This document shows, piece after piece, positions 26,281-37,019 of a DNA stretch of 64,000 nt. The notes under the pieces are model-generated. The model was not told the DNA's origin, made no database searches, and saw only the letters and a list, made by a program, of their open reading frames with translations. Location: the NCBI GenBank assembly GCA_010909165.1, contig MU008158.1, positions 3,435,478 through 3,499,477 of the forward strand, in the 5' to 3' direction. Made by a program: the position numbers and the translations under genes. Position 1 is the stretch's first letter; each line of letters opens with the position of its first letter. The DNA comes from Anthoceros angustus (Eukaryota > Plantae > Anthocerotophyta).

Positions 26281-29200
26281 ATGGGACCCAAGAAGGCCGG
26301 GAGGTGTGGGAGCCTTGGCGCCTAGTGGAGCGCAACATTGTCACCCGGCGATACCCCGACTTCGGACCCTGGCTGGAGGAGGCAGAGGACTTGGTAGAGA
26401 AGTGGCATCTTGACATCTTCAGCGCGGTGTGGACGTTCGACAGTGTCACACTCGTCAGGGAATACGCCAAGAAGATGCTGGCCGTCGCCAACAAGGAGGT
26501 CCGCTCCAAAAGTTTGAGGGAGGACCCCAGGAGGTGGACCGTGGAGGTCCTGAGGGCGATTTACAACCGCCCGGCAGAAGAAATTGGGGGCGTAGTCCCG
26601 GAGCCCCTCAAGGTGAGAGGAAAGGTAGAAGCGGCGAAGGCGGCGCTATTGCGACCAGGGACGCAGCGGTCGTCAAACGGCTGGCTGATGTCGGACCTGC
26701 TGGACAGACGGGTGAGGGCAGTGGCTAAGGTCATTGTCCATTGGAACATGCTCACCAAGGTGGATCACCTTGGTGATAATCTTTTGGTGTTCCTGCACGC
26801 CCTACAGCGGGGCAAACGGGCCGACCGGGGGCGTATCATCCTCGCCCGAATCAGTCAAGAGGCGAGAAGCCGCCTCCGTCGGCGATGTCCCCCTTCCTAA
26901 TCCATGTGTGGGGATACCTCAACCTCCTGAAAGAGGGAGAAGAGGAGCGGGCGCTCCGGAAAGGATTGGCGGCCTTGCCGGAGGCAGAGCGGGAAGGGGC
27001 GAAGGCACCCGAGGCGGAGGCCCGACCTCCTAAGACCAAACGAGCCTGGGAGGAAGATGACTGGGAGGGAATTCCGGACTCCATCCGGCTGGAACGGACC
27101 CCCTCGCCGCCCCGAGAGGTATGGGAGGATATCCCTGCCTCCCTCCTTCTGGTTCCGAAGGCGGAGTTGCCCGCACCAAACGGAGCACCCACGGGAGGAG
27201 GCGGCGTTGGCAACGCCCGCCACCGAGAAACCGCCATGTGAGCACGCCAAGCGAGTTGTCAAGAGGTGGAAGGTGGCACCCACCAACGAAGCACCAAGAA
27301 GCGCACCAGTGCCTCTACCCTTGCCACCGAGTGGCGGAGGCGAAGAAGGCGGAGGCGGAGAGAGACGCCGCCTGTGGGCGGGATCACCGCGCAGCCCACA
27401 TCCGGAGCTCCGCCCCTCCTCCGACGGGAGGGGAAAGCAGCGGACTCCGGACCCCTCGCCACCAAGCCCAAAACGAAGACGGCGATGAGCCAGCGCCAAA
27501 CGGGCCAAGGAGGTAGAAGGCGGACCAGGCATCCAGGACATGAGGGTCTGATCGGTCCCGAGGCGAGTCCGGACTCACCGGATCTGCAGCGGTCCTTGAC
27601 GGACCGGGAGATGCCCGCCTCGCCGACCGGGTATCTCCTCAGCACCGTGGAAGAAACACGGCGAGTTTTGGCTACCGTCATGGACGGTATGCTTTGGGGT
27701 CTCTGCGGGATGGCAGAGAAGACCCAGAGGTGGAGGCAACAAGGAGGCACATGGTGCTCCTCCAGGAGGAGGTGGAGGCGGCCCAGGAGGCGAAGAAGAA
27801 GGCGGAATCCCTCGCTCGAATCGAGGAGGGAAAACGCCGTGAAGCAGAGCGGGAGGTCCGGTCTATTCAGCAAGACCTGACCAAGGTCCTTCAGCTGTGT
27901 GAACAGCTGAAGCAGGCACAAGAGGCCCAAGCTCGGGCAGAAGACCTCAACAAGCGACGGGAAGCGGCGTAGGGGGAGCTGGAGGAAGCCCGAGAGCAGG
28001 CGGAGCGGGCTCGAGACCTGGCTGAGGCGGCTAGGTAGGAACAACGCCAAGCCGCGGAGGCTCAGGTGAAGGCGGCGCGTGAGGCGGAAGCCGCAGCTAA
28101 GACCGACCGAGATCACTATCGGCGGGATCGCAACCTGGAGGAGGCAACAAGGAGGCGGCCAACCTAAAGGAAGGAGGCCGGAGCAGTGCACGGGCCACCG
28201 AAGAGAAGGAGGCCAGCAACAAGGAGATGGAGGATCTCCGGGCTCAGTTGCGGGGAGTGGAGGAACATCGGCAGGAGATGGAAGACCGCAAGGAGACCTA
28301 GGAGCTACAGCTCCAAGATACAATTGAGCGGAGCGGGGCTCTGCGGGGCGTGATCGTGGATCACGAGCAGGAGATAGAGCGACTCCAGCTCTGTTGGCGG
28401 GCAGAAGAGGTAAGGCGGTGGAACAAGGAGCAGACCGTCGCCGAAATGGAGAGGGACCTGGACGAAGCACGAAATCGGGCAGAGCTGCCGGACCGCCTGG
28501 GAAGGGAGATGGCGGAGCTTCAGGCCAAAATGAACGGAGAAGCAAGGGCCTTGGACGCAGAAAAGAAGCTGCTGGTCCAGTTGAGGAAGGCGGAGGGAGC
28601 CGCGTCCTGGCGGGAAAGTTGGCGTGAGCGGAGAAGAAGGCGGAGGCGGAGGGAGCACGGAGGTTGCAGGAAGTATGAGCGCCTTGTGGCCTCGCGATCT
28701 GCCTCGGCCCACCGGTGACAAACTGGCAGGAGAGACGGACCGGAGTCGAGACCGGACCACTCTCGACCGGAGCACCTATGGCGAAGGGAGTATCGGGTGC
28801 TCCGGGCGCATGTGGAGGAGGCAATCCAACAAATCGACTCGGATGTTGCCTACTACCACGCTGAGCTTCTCAAGGCGTTGGAAGCTTCACTCATAATCGA
28901 CCAGACCCTCGGAAGGGTCGAGGAGTGGAAGGGGAAGAAGGGCATGGGGACAGCGCTGGGGCCTTGGTGGCCTTGTTTGGTGATAAGGGCAGCGGTGAAG
29001 AGGAGCCCCAGGAGGAGCAGGACACGGCCAATGTAACGGACCTTGAGGTAAGTCCGTCGCAACCAGCCAGGGGGGATAAGGATGAGGGCCCCGAAAGATG
29101 TGGGGAGGCAGGAAACCAACCGGACCCAAGCCAGGGAAGGGACCGGTGAGTGAGGACGGGCCCCTAACAGTAGGCGGTCCGGGGATTGGGGGTCCGGAAC

Positions 29201-29601
29201 TTGAGGACCGGACCCTGGTAATAAGGTCGGACCTTGAGGTCCGGACTCTGGAAATAAGACCGACTCCTGAAGATCGGACCCCGGAGTCGAGACCGGACCC
29301 CGAGGTCCGGACTCAGGAGGAGGGAGGGAGTCAGCCCCGACGTGCTCAGGAGGAGCCGTCAACTAGTGGCCTTACAAGGCATGGACCCACTCGAAGGACG
29401 GGAGAAGAGGATGTGGTGGTTACCGTGGTCGTCCAACCGCCACCGGTAGCCCAACCCGACAGGATATCGGGAAGGGGAAGGGGTCCCACCTCGCGGATCA
29501 TCCGATTGGGTGCGCCGCAGCAGTCAGGGCAAGGAGTGGGGCCATCGGCGCCGAGGCGGAACCAAGGGCATCCCCAGGCCCACCGTCGACGACGGAGATA
29601 G
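26281..29601 (+). CDS. Element-encoded ~1100-aa protein (frameshifted in this assembly): globular N-terminal domain, Pro/Glu-rich linker, long coiled coil, low-complexity tail
   Basis: Consecutive ORF fragments, each mirrored in copy A: VWEPWRLVERNIVTRRYPDFGPWLEE...SVTLVREY...DPRRWTVEVLRAIYNRP...MSPFLIHVWGYLNLL; DHEQEIERLQLCWRAEEVRRWN; IDSDVAYYHAELLKAL. Stop at 29599-29601. Confidence 0.7.
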
Positions 29602-29673
29602 GGGGAGGGGCGTAAGATGGTAGGCGGCCGATTAGGGCACACTGAGCTGGCCACCCGCTCAGAATAGGAGTGT

Positions 29674-29704
29674 AATAAAGGCACCGACCTTGGGCGTAGT
29701 ATAA
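29674..29704 (+). promoter_or_regulatory. AATAAA followed by a TATA-like box, conserved in both element copies
   Basis: TGTAATAAAGGCACCGACCTTGGGCGTAGTATAAGAG in copy B; reverse complement GTGTAATAAAGGCGCCGACCTTCGGCGTAGTATAAGAG at ~19606-19643 in copy A. Confidence 0.55.
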
Positions 29705-30697
29705 GAGAGCTGAGGCTGCTCTAGTAAAGTATCTTTCTTTTGGTGCTGATGCCGCGTTCTCTTGCAGACCCTTGTGCGTCTTCTTGATAGCGTGAGTCCT
29801 GTGTCACTGAGCAGGCACGACAGCCCCGGAGAGACTGATCAAGGTGCTGGTGACGGACCCTAACGTGTGGTAGTGTGTGCAGGGAAGAGCGATCAGGGAC
29901 CCTTGCTCGTCCCGAGCAGCGGCCCACCGTCGGACGGACCGGAACGTGTGAGCCGGAGGAACTCCGGAAGGGCGTGTAGAGCCCGGACGGAGAGGCTGGG
30001 TGAGCGAGGAGGTCCGCTGACCACCCGCGTTTTTCCCCAAGGACGATGAGTGTAGTGAGAGTGGTGAGAGGAACGGACTAGAGGAACGAGTGACAAACTT
30101 GAATGATACGGACGCGAACGGTCCTTAAACGTTTGGCCACGCCGAGCCTGTTCGGTGAACGTTACGGGTAGTTAGTCGTAAAACGATGAATGTGTGTGTT
30201 GAGTCTGAAACGGTCACTGCGTGAGGTGAGAAACGATTGGAACGTGGCAAACGGAGCCTATCATTCTCTTGGGAACGGACCCCTTACTACAACGACACGG
30301 GATTGTGTGCGCCCGGCTCGCCGTCAGCGAAAGTCACGCCACAGCTGATCTTGGTAGAGCTTTGAGGGAGAGGTTGACACCCCCCCACAATGATGATAGA
30401 AAGACGCTAGAAGCAGAAGGTTTGAAGGCTGCGGACCTTGTGACCCAAGCAGAGATGGTGGAGTCGATGAGTCGGAATGGGAAGAAATGAATGAGCAAGC
30501 CGTAGAGGATGACTCGGAGGGGGAAGAGGAAGGCATGGAGCAAGATCCGCTCACGGGAGAATTAGTTTTGCTTGAGGGAATTTTAAGTATATATATGTTC
30601 AATTTTATTATGAAGTATGGATCACTTAAGTTCACTTTCCAATATCTTTGTTTCAAATATGATTTGTATCCAAATATCTAATAATACTTCTTGAATA

Positions 30698-31040
30698 CCG
30701 TACCCAGAGGAGTGGTTCAATAGGATAATGCCGAAATAATTATTAAAAAAAAGGTTCAACATAAATATTTATATGTTTCAAAATTTTAATATTTACAAAA
30801 AATAATTTTATCAAAATTCAAAATTTATTAAAATACATAGGCATATATATAAAACTAATGGATATGTATAGACCTCCCCTAAATATGCCCTAATTTTCCA
30901 CACAAACCCTAGTTTCCTTATTTTTGGCATAATAAATTCATAAAGTTTTACCTATTCAACATTTTAAGTATAATAATTTCTGGATTTTCAACTTTTACTA
31001 ATTCTAATTAATTAACGCCGAATCACCCCTTGGGGTACGG
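30698..31040. mobile_element. AT-rich MITE (343 bp), Tc1/mariner-like, TA target duplication
   Basis: Imperfect 21-bp TIRs CCGTACCCAGAGGAGTGGTTC / GAATCACCCCTTGGGGTACGG (17/21 match), each flanked by TA. Very AT-rich non-coding interior. Confidence 0.75.
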
Positions 31041-31302
31041 TACTTCAGAATTCCGAAACGCTGAATTAAGTAAGAATCTTCAAACCTAGCTTAAGTAGCT
31101 CTTTAATATTATTTCTTTTCAAAATCAAAAGGTCTATGTTGTGTCTATCTTGCGCCGGAAGTACCTACTCTGGTTATGGCAACAGATCTAGAAATATTCC
31201 GTAAGTAGGTACTTAAGAATCACCAAACCCTAAATACTTAAGAATCCCCAAACTTGACTTTAATAGCTCTCTAAGGTTGTTTTGGTTGGAAAATAGGTCT
31301 AT

Positions 31303-31903
31303 AGTAACGGCACTGGTGAAATAAGGTAGAAAGGTGAAAAGTTGAAAAAGGTAAAAAGCTAAGTTAGTAGCTGCCCTGTTTAGAAGATGCATGTGTTGCA
31401 TGCTCATGCAATCTCTTGTTAGAGAGGAATTGCTACGCCACAAATGAAGAGCTGCCTAGAGAGGACTCTTAGTGATTAGTGGTCCGTAAGAATCCCTAGA
31501 TTTAACAGCTGCCTAGTTAAGGTCAGTGTGGATATATAAGGGCTAGAGCAAGGGCTTTGAGGAACAAGTTACAAGTGGGACTCACTCTTTGAGAGAGCGA
31601 GCAAGTGTCACTGCAAGCCTTGTGTTGAGAGAGGCTGGAGAGCTAGCTAGTGAGCTTGTCATGGAATCAAGGGCGAGCTGGGCGTAGATAGCCGATTCCA
31701 TCGTTGTATTCTTGTAATAAAGAGCGGCACCTCGAGGAGGTGGCTGCGAGTCGTCGATGGACGGCGGGCTACTTGGAGCCTAGTCGTGTTGTGAGGTTGA
31801 GAGCGTTGAGAATCGTGCAAGTCTCTTGTGGAGTGAATTGGCGAGGTCCTAGACTGGGAAGCCGACTTGGCTTCCTTCTTGGGCTGCGGTGAGGGGTGTT
31901 ACT
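31303..31903 (+). repeat. 5' LTR (601 bp)
   Basis: Starts AGTAAC, ends GTTACT. TATA (GATATATAAG) at ~31531 and AATAAA at ~31716. Near-identical to 36421-37019. Confidence 0.95.
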
Positions 31904-31956
31904 TGAGTGGTATCAGAGCGTAGTCCATTCCTCCGAGTGACTAGAGAGTGCACAAG

Positions 31957-34900
31957 ATGGTCAATGAGAAGCGTAAGGAGAGGCTGAAGAAGCGGCTCCG
32001 ATCATCCGCCTCAACCAAGATTCATCATCGTCGGAACAAGAGGAAGTGAGAGCGCCGAGAGCACAGCCCATCGAGAGAAGTCGGAGGGAAGAAGCGGATG
32101 GTGGAAGTACTTTATCAAGTTCTTCCGGTGTCTTGGACGATGTAATGACTTCAAGGAAGAAGACAAAGCGAATCCAGCCCACACTCAACAAGGCGAAGAT
32201 GCGGAAGAACAACAAGAAATCTTCCGGAATTAGCATCTTCAAAGTGGCTCAAATCGAGCATGAAGCTAGCCCTACCGGATAAGTATGAGGGAGAAAGAGA
32301 TCTGCAAGTCATTGATTCTTGGATCTATTCTATTGAGACTTATCTCGCCTCATCTGGTGTTGAGCCGGAGTACTACTTAGGTACTGTTGGCAATTTCTTA
32401 AAGGGCTATGCTTTGGTCTGGTGGCGAAGTTATGGTGCTAATGTTGCCCAGGGTAACCGAGCACATACCATCACAGACTGGGCATCCTTCAAAGAAGCCC
32501 TCAAGAAGCAGTTCCAACCTGCGAATGCTTCGCGTCTAAGTAGACAGCAGCTTGACAATATCAAGCAAACAGGTACTGTACGAGATTATGTAAGTACCTT
32601 CAGTGAAGCTGTCATGCACTGCACTACCATGAGTGAAGATGACAAACTGCATCGCTTCATGGCTGGTTTGAAGGATTGGGCTGCTAACAGAATTGAGTTG
32701 CATAGTCCAACTACATTGGCAGAGGCCATTACAGCAGCAGATGCCATCCAGATACTTTCCATTCTAGTACATCCAACTCCTCCAGAAGATTTCGAGGCAG
32801 TACCCGTGGTCGGTATGCCCAGACTAGAGGAAGCTCTAGTAGTGCCGCAGAGGAGCTGCTAAGGACACTGGCGGAAATGGAATTGCAAGAGGCAATTCAA
32901 GAGGAAATTTCATGAAGAAATCGAGGAGCAGAGGCCGCGGAGCTCAGAGAACAGTCAGTATGGGTTCTCGAAAAGGAGTATGCTACTCATGTGGAGAGCC
33001 GGGACATTATGCAAATGAATGCCCGAATGCTGAACAAACTCTCAACGTAGCAGAAGGAGATCCACAGCCCCGAAGACTCAGGATTACGGAAGTGGTCGGA
33101 TCCGAGGATCCCAAATGACGGATCGGCCACATGCGAAGGCGCATGTGGTGAGTCTCAGTCTTGAGGGCACTATTCGGAGGCGGGTGGAGAGCTCATGTAC
33201 ATACATGGATGTATAAATGGAGCGAGCGAGGATGTTGCTTGACTTAGCAACAACACATAATTTCATTTCTCCTAGCAAGGCAAGCAAGCTTGGTTTGACA
33301 TGGGCTAGTACATCTGAGCCATGTAGAGTGAAACAAGCTAAAGGAATGCGCAACACAAAGGTGAATTGCAAGAAGTGCCGTTGCGGATAGGGAATTGGAA
33401 TGGAGCGGTGAGCTTCATTGTAGATATGGATGATCATGAAATCATCTTGGGCTTAGAATGGATGAAGGCCAACAAGGTATGTGTGAACGTGGACTCACGC
33501 ACCATACAGATCTTAGGAGATGAAGAGCACAAAGTGAGTTGTGCGTTCTCAAGCGAGGCTTGGAGACAACATTGATGATATCATCTCTAAGAAAAGCTCA
33601 AATGTTGTGTAAAGGATGGAGAGGAACTCTTTTACTTGTCTGCAAGGACTAGAAGATGGTCTTGAGATGGAGTCTCGAGCGAAAGATTCCAAGGAAGTGC
33701 GTCTTGAATGAGTTCAAGGACTTGATGCCCGATGAGTTGCCTCCTTTACCTCCTAGAAGAATTGTAGATCATGAGATTGATCTCAAGCCGTGAAGTACAC
33801 CGCCTTCAAGAGCGCCATATAGATTATCGCAGGATGAGCTACAAGAGTCAAGAGACAGATGTCTAACACCTAGCCAAGGGCTATGTGAGAATCTCAAAGT
33901 CCCCATTTGGTGCGCCTGTTGTTCACGCAAGAAGAATGGAGGATTGAGATTATGCTTGGATTACGAGCACTCAATCGATAATGTGAAGAATTCTTATCCT
34001 TTGCCAAGGATGGATGACTTGTTTGTGATTGAGAGGTGCTAAGTATTTCACCAAGCTGGATCTAATGGCAGGCTATTACCAGATTCGCATCGCAGAAGGA
34101 CATGAATACAAGACGCTTGTAGAACAAGGTATGGATCTTTTGAGTTCCTTGTCATGCCATTTGGACTCACTAATGCACCAGCCACGTTTCAGACTCTCAT
34201 GAATACTATATTCGAGATCATGGATGAGTGTGTTGTGATATACTTGGATGACATCATGATATACAGTTCTACCTTGGAAGAGCATGTCCAACACTTGAGG
34301 AAAGTGTTAGAAAGGTTAAGAGCAAATTCTTTGTTCTTAGCTATAACAAAGTGTGACTTTGTTAAGGAAGAGATAGACTTCCTAGGATTCATTGTCTCGG
34401 ATGGTATCGGGATGGATCCCGATAAGGTAAAGGCCATACTGAGTTGGCTGCCACGAATGTGCACGAGGTGCGTATGTTTTGGGATTGGCTAGCGTGTACA
34501 GAAGATTTGTACCGATGTTTGCCAAGATTGCTGCCCCATTAACGATCTCTTGAAGAAGGCGAAGGCTTGGAAGTGGGATGATGAATGTCGAGGGCATTCG
34601 AGTTCAAGTTGAAACTCAGACTACCCAGATTGGCAATCTATGATCCAAAGAAGGATATAGAAGTATATCGATCGTCGGATATTGCAATTGGCGGAGTGCT
34701 CATGCAAGAAGGTAGGCCGGTGGCTTACGAATCAAGGAAGTTGCATGAACATGAAAGGAAGTACCCACTTATGAAAAGGAGATGATCATCATCAATTGTC
34801 TCAAGATTTGGAGACATTATCTTCTAGGAAGATCTTTTGTCGTACAGACAATGTAAGCACGAGCTTCTTTACAAATCATGCGACTAAGCGCAAGACAAAG

Positions 34901-36400
34901 CTAGATGGCAAGATTTCCTAGCAATGTATGATGTGTCTATCAAGTACAAGCCGGGAAGGAGAATCTCGTGGCGGATGCTTTGAGTCGCAAGCGAGTTTAA
35001 GTTTGATAAGCTCGAAGAGGCCTAAGCTAGCGCAACACGATGGTGATTGAGCCAAGGACACTCACACGCATCAAGGAAGCTTATCTGCGAGATCCATTAA
35101 TCGATTGGATCAATGAAGTGGAGCAACCGGATCTAAGTTTAAGCTTAGAAATGGCTTGTTGATGTTCAAGCAAAAGCAGATTGTGATTCCCGATTCTCAT
35201 GTGTTGAGAAGGAAGTTGCTTGCAGTGTCATGATGTGCCAAGTGCAGTCATAGAGGAATTGACCCAACTTATGAGAAGTTGAGAAAGGCTTTTATTGGCT
35301 GGAATGTACAAGCATCTTGAGTATGTTAAGTCTTGTGTAGATCGCCAGGATAAGGTGGAGCAGACAAATCCGAGGTTTGTTGCAACCCCCCTATTCCAAG
35401 TGGGCCTTGGAAAAGTATATCAATGGATTTCATTATGCCATTGCCACCAAGAATGGACACACTATCATGACGGTGGTTGATAGATTCAAGCAAGCACACT
35501 TCATCCCTACAAAGAAGCGGTGAAAGCTTAAAGTTGCTCGATTGTTCAAGAAGCATGTATATGTGTTACATGGACGCCTATGCATTGTGAGTGAGAGATC
35601 CCAGTTCTGCGAGTTTTGGCAACTTATGAAGAGCTTAGGAGTGCAATTATGTATGAGCACGGTACCACCACCACGGATGGATCAACAGAGAGGGTGAAGA
35701 ATCCAAGAAGAATACTTACGACACTATGCGGATGGACCGGTGACGGAGTAATCATCTTGAGGATGCAATTTTGTTATAATAACATACATAGCTCCACGGC
35801 TACACACCTTTTCGGATGACAGTAACGAAGCAATGGACGTAGTTTCCATGTTGAATGCTAGCGTGTTGAGACAGCGAGAGAACCACGTGAATTCATTGAG
35901 CGATTAAGGGCGGGCATGAAGTTGCTAAGAAGATATTGGCCAAGGCTCGGGGCAGCAAAAGAAGTTTCTTGGCACAGCAAGAGGCGAGTTTCAAGTAGGA
36001 GACAAGGTGTGGGTGAAATTGAAGAATTTCCCACTACCACAAGGTGACCTCAAAGTTAAGGCCTAAGTATGGAGGACCTTTCGTAGTTCAAGCGCATTGG
36101 AAATGTGGCTTACAAACTACTGAATGGATCTTCTCTCATAATGTGTTTCATGTCTCTTTCTTTGAAACCATTTGTGATTTCGAAGAGAATGAAGATATGA
36201 ACAGAAGGATTATGTCATCCCGGTTCAACACAATCATGGTCTGCGGAGATTGTTGAATTCTGGCAGAGAGAAGTGCCTCTGTCGTGGTAATGTACCAGTA
36301 TCAGGCTTCGTGGTTATGCAGATCCTGCGGGTTTCACTTGAAGATGTGCAACAAGGATCATGGATGATCTCGCGTTACCGGAGGTCATTGAGGACAATGA
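31957..36400 (+). pseudogene. gag-pol polyprotein, heavily frameshifted in this sequence
   Basis: Gag (LPDKYEG...WASFKEALKKQF...IKQTGTVRDY), zinc knuckle CYSCGEPGHYANEC (~32980), protease remnant (LLD..THNFIS), RT (MPFGLTNAPATFQ, YLDDIMIYS), RNase H (IGGVLMQEGRPVAYESRKL), integrase (TDGSTERV, KLRPKYGGPF). Order PR-RT-RH-INT is Ty3/gypsy. Confidence 0.9.
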
Positions 36401-36420
36401 CATCTTCCGATGGGGGAGAG

Positions 36421-37019
36421 AGTAACGACCGTGAAATAAGGTAGAAAGGTGAAAAGTTGAAAAGGTAAAAGCTAAGTTAGTAGGCGCCTGTTAAGAAGAT
36501 GCATGTGTTGCATGCTTCATGCAATCTCTTGTTAGAGAGGAATTGCTACCACAAATGAAGAGCTGCCTAGAGAGGACTCTTAGTGATTAGTGGTGTAAGA
36601 ATCCCTAGATTTAACTGCCTAGTTAAGGTCATGCGGGATATATAAGGGCTAGAGCAAGGGCTTTGAGGAACAAGTTACAAGTGGGACTCACTCTTTGAGA
36701 GAGCGAGCAAGTGTCTTGTTGCAAGCCTGTGTTGAGAGAGGCGTGGAGAGCTAGCTAGTGAGCTTGTCATGGAATCAAGGCGTGCTTGATTGGGCGTAGA
36801 TAGCCGATTCCATCGTTGTATTCTTATAATAAAGAGCAGCACCTCGAGGAGGTGGCTGCAGTCGTCGATGGGCGGGCTACTTGGAGCCTAGTCCGTGTCG
36901 TGAGGTTGAGGCGTTGAGAATCGTGCAAGTCTCTTGTGGAGTGAATTGGCGAGGTCCTAGACCGCTGGGAAGCCAGCACTTGACGCTTCCTTACTGGCTG
37001 CCCAGTGAGGGGTGTTACT
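36421..37019 (+). repeat. 3' LTR (599 bp)
   Basis: Starts AGTAAC directly after the PPT and ends GTTACT, followed by the TSD TCTAT. Confidence 0.95.

Larger units (their letters stand above)
25577..30343 (+). mobile_element. Copy B (4767 bp) of the TG...CA-bounded, ORF-carrying element (putative giant solo LTR)
   Basis: Ends TGTGG (25577) and CCACA (30343), flanked by the TSD GCTGA (25572-25576 / 30344-30348). No terminal direct repeats and no RT, integrase or transposase motifs seen. Confidence 0.92.
24987..30570 (+). pseudogene. Coiled-coil ORF (probably TE-derived) split by insertion of copy B; segments 24987-25576 and 30349-~30570
   Basis: ...ANRLARIKAD joins in frame across the TSD to LGRALRERLTPPHNDD..., followed by an acidic tail (VEDDSEGEEEG). 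No introns seen. Confidence 0.7.
31303..37019 (+). mobile_element. Full-length Ty3/gypsy LTR retrotransposon (chromovirus-like) with non-canonical AGT...ACT termini
   Basis: LTRs 31303-31903 and 36421-37019; TSD TCTAT (31298-31302 / 37020-37024); PBS TGGTATCAGAGC (initiator tRNA-Met) at 31908-31919; PPT GATGGGGGAGAG at 36409-36420; internal gag, PR, RT, RNase H and INT remnants. Confidence 0.96.

Noticed and set aside
27259-28824. 521-aa minus-strand ORF
   Set aside because: Antisense shadow of the GC-rich coiled-coil ORF. It has Pro/Leu/Ser-rich composition, no motifs, and is not preserved as one ORF in copy A.
18983-30343. One giant foldback/TIR transposon with ~5 kb inverted arms
   Set aside because: Each arm has its own distinct TSD (TGTTT, GCTGA), the outer flanks do not match each other, and the arms are substantially diverged. 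These are two separate insertions.
36230-36400. Chromodomain at the end of integrase
   Set aside because: The position fits, but the sequence is too frameshifted to identify the conserved aromatic residues.
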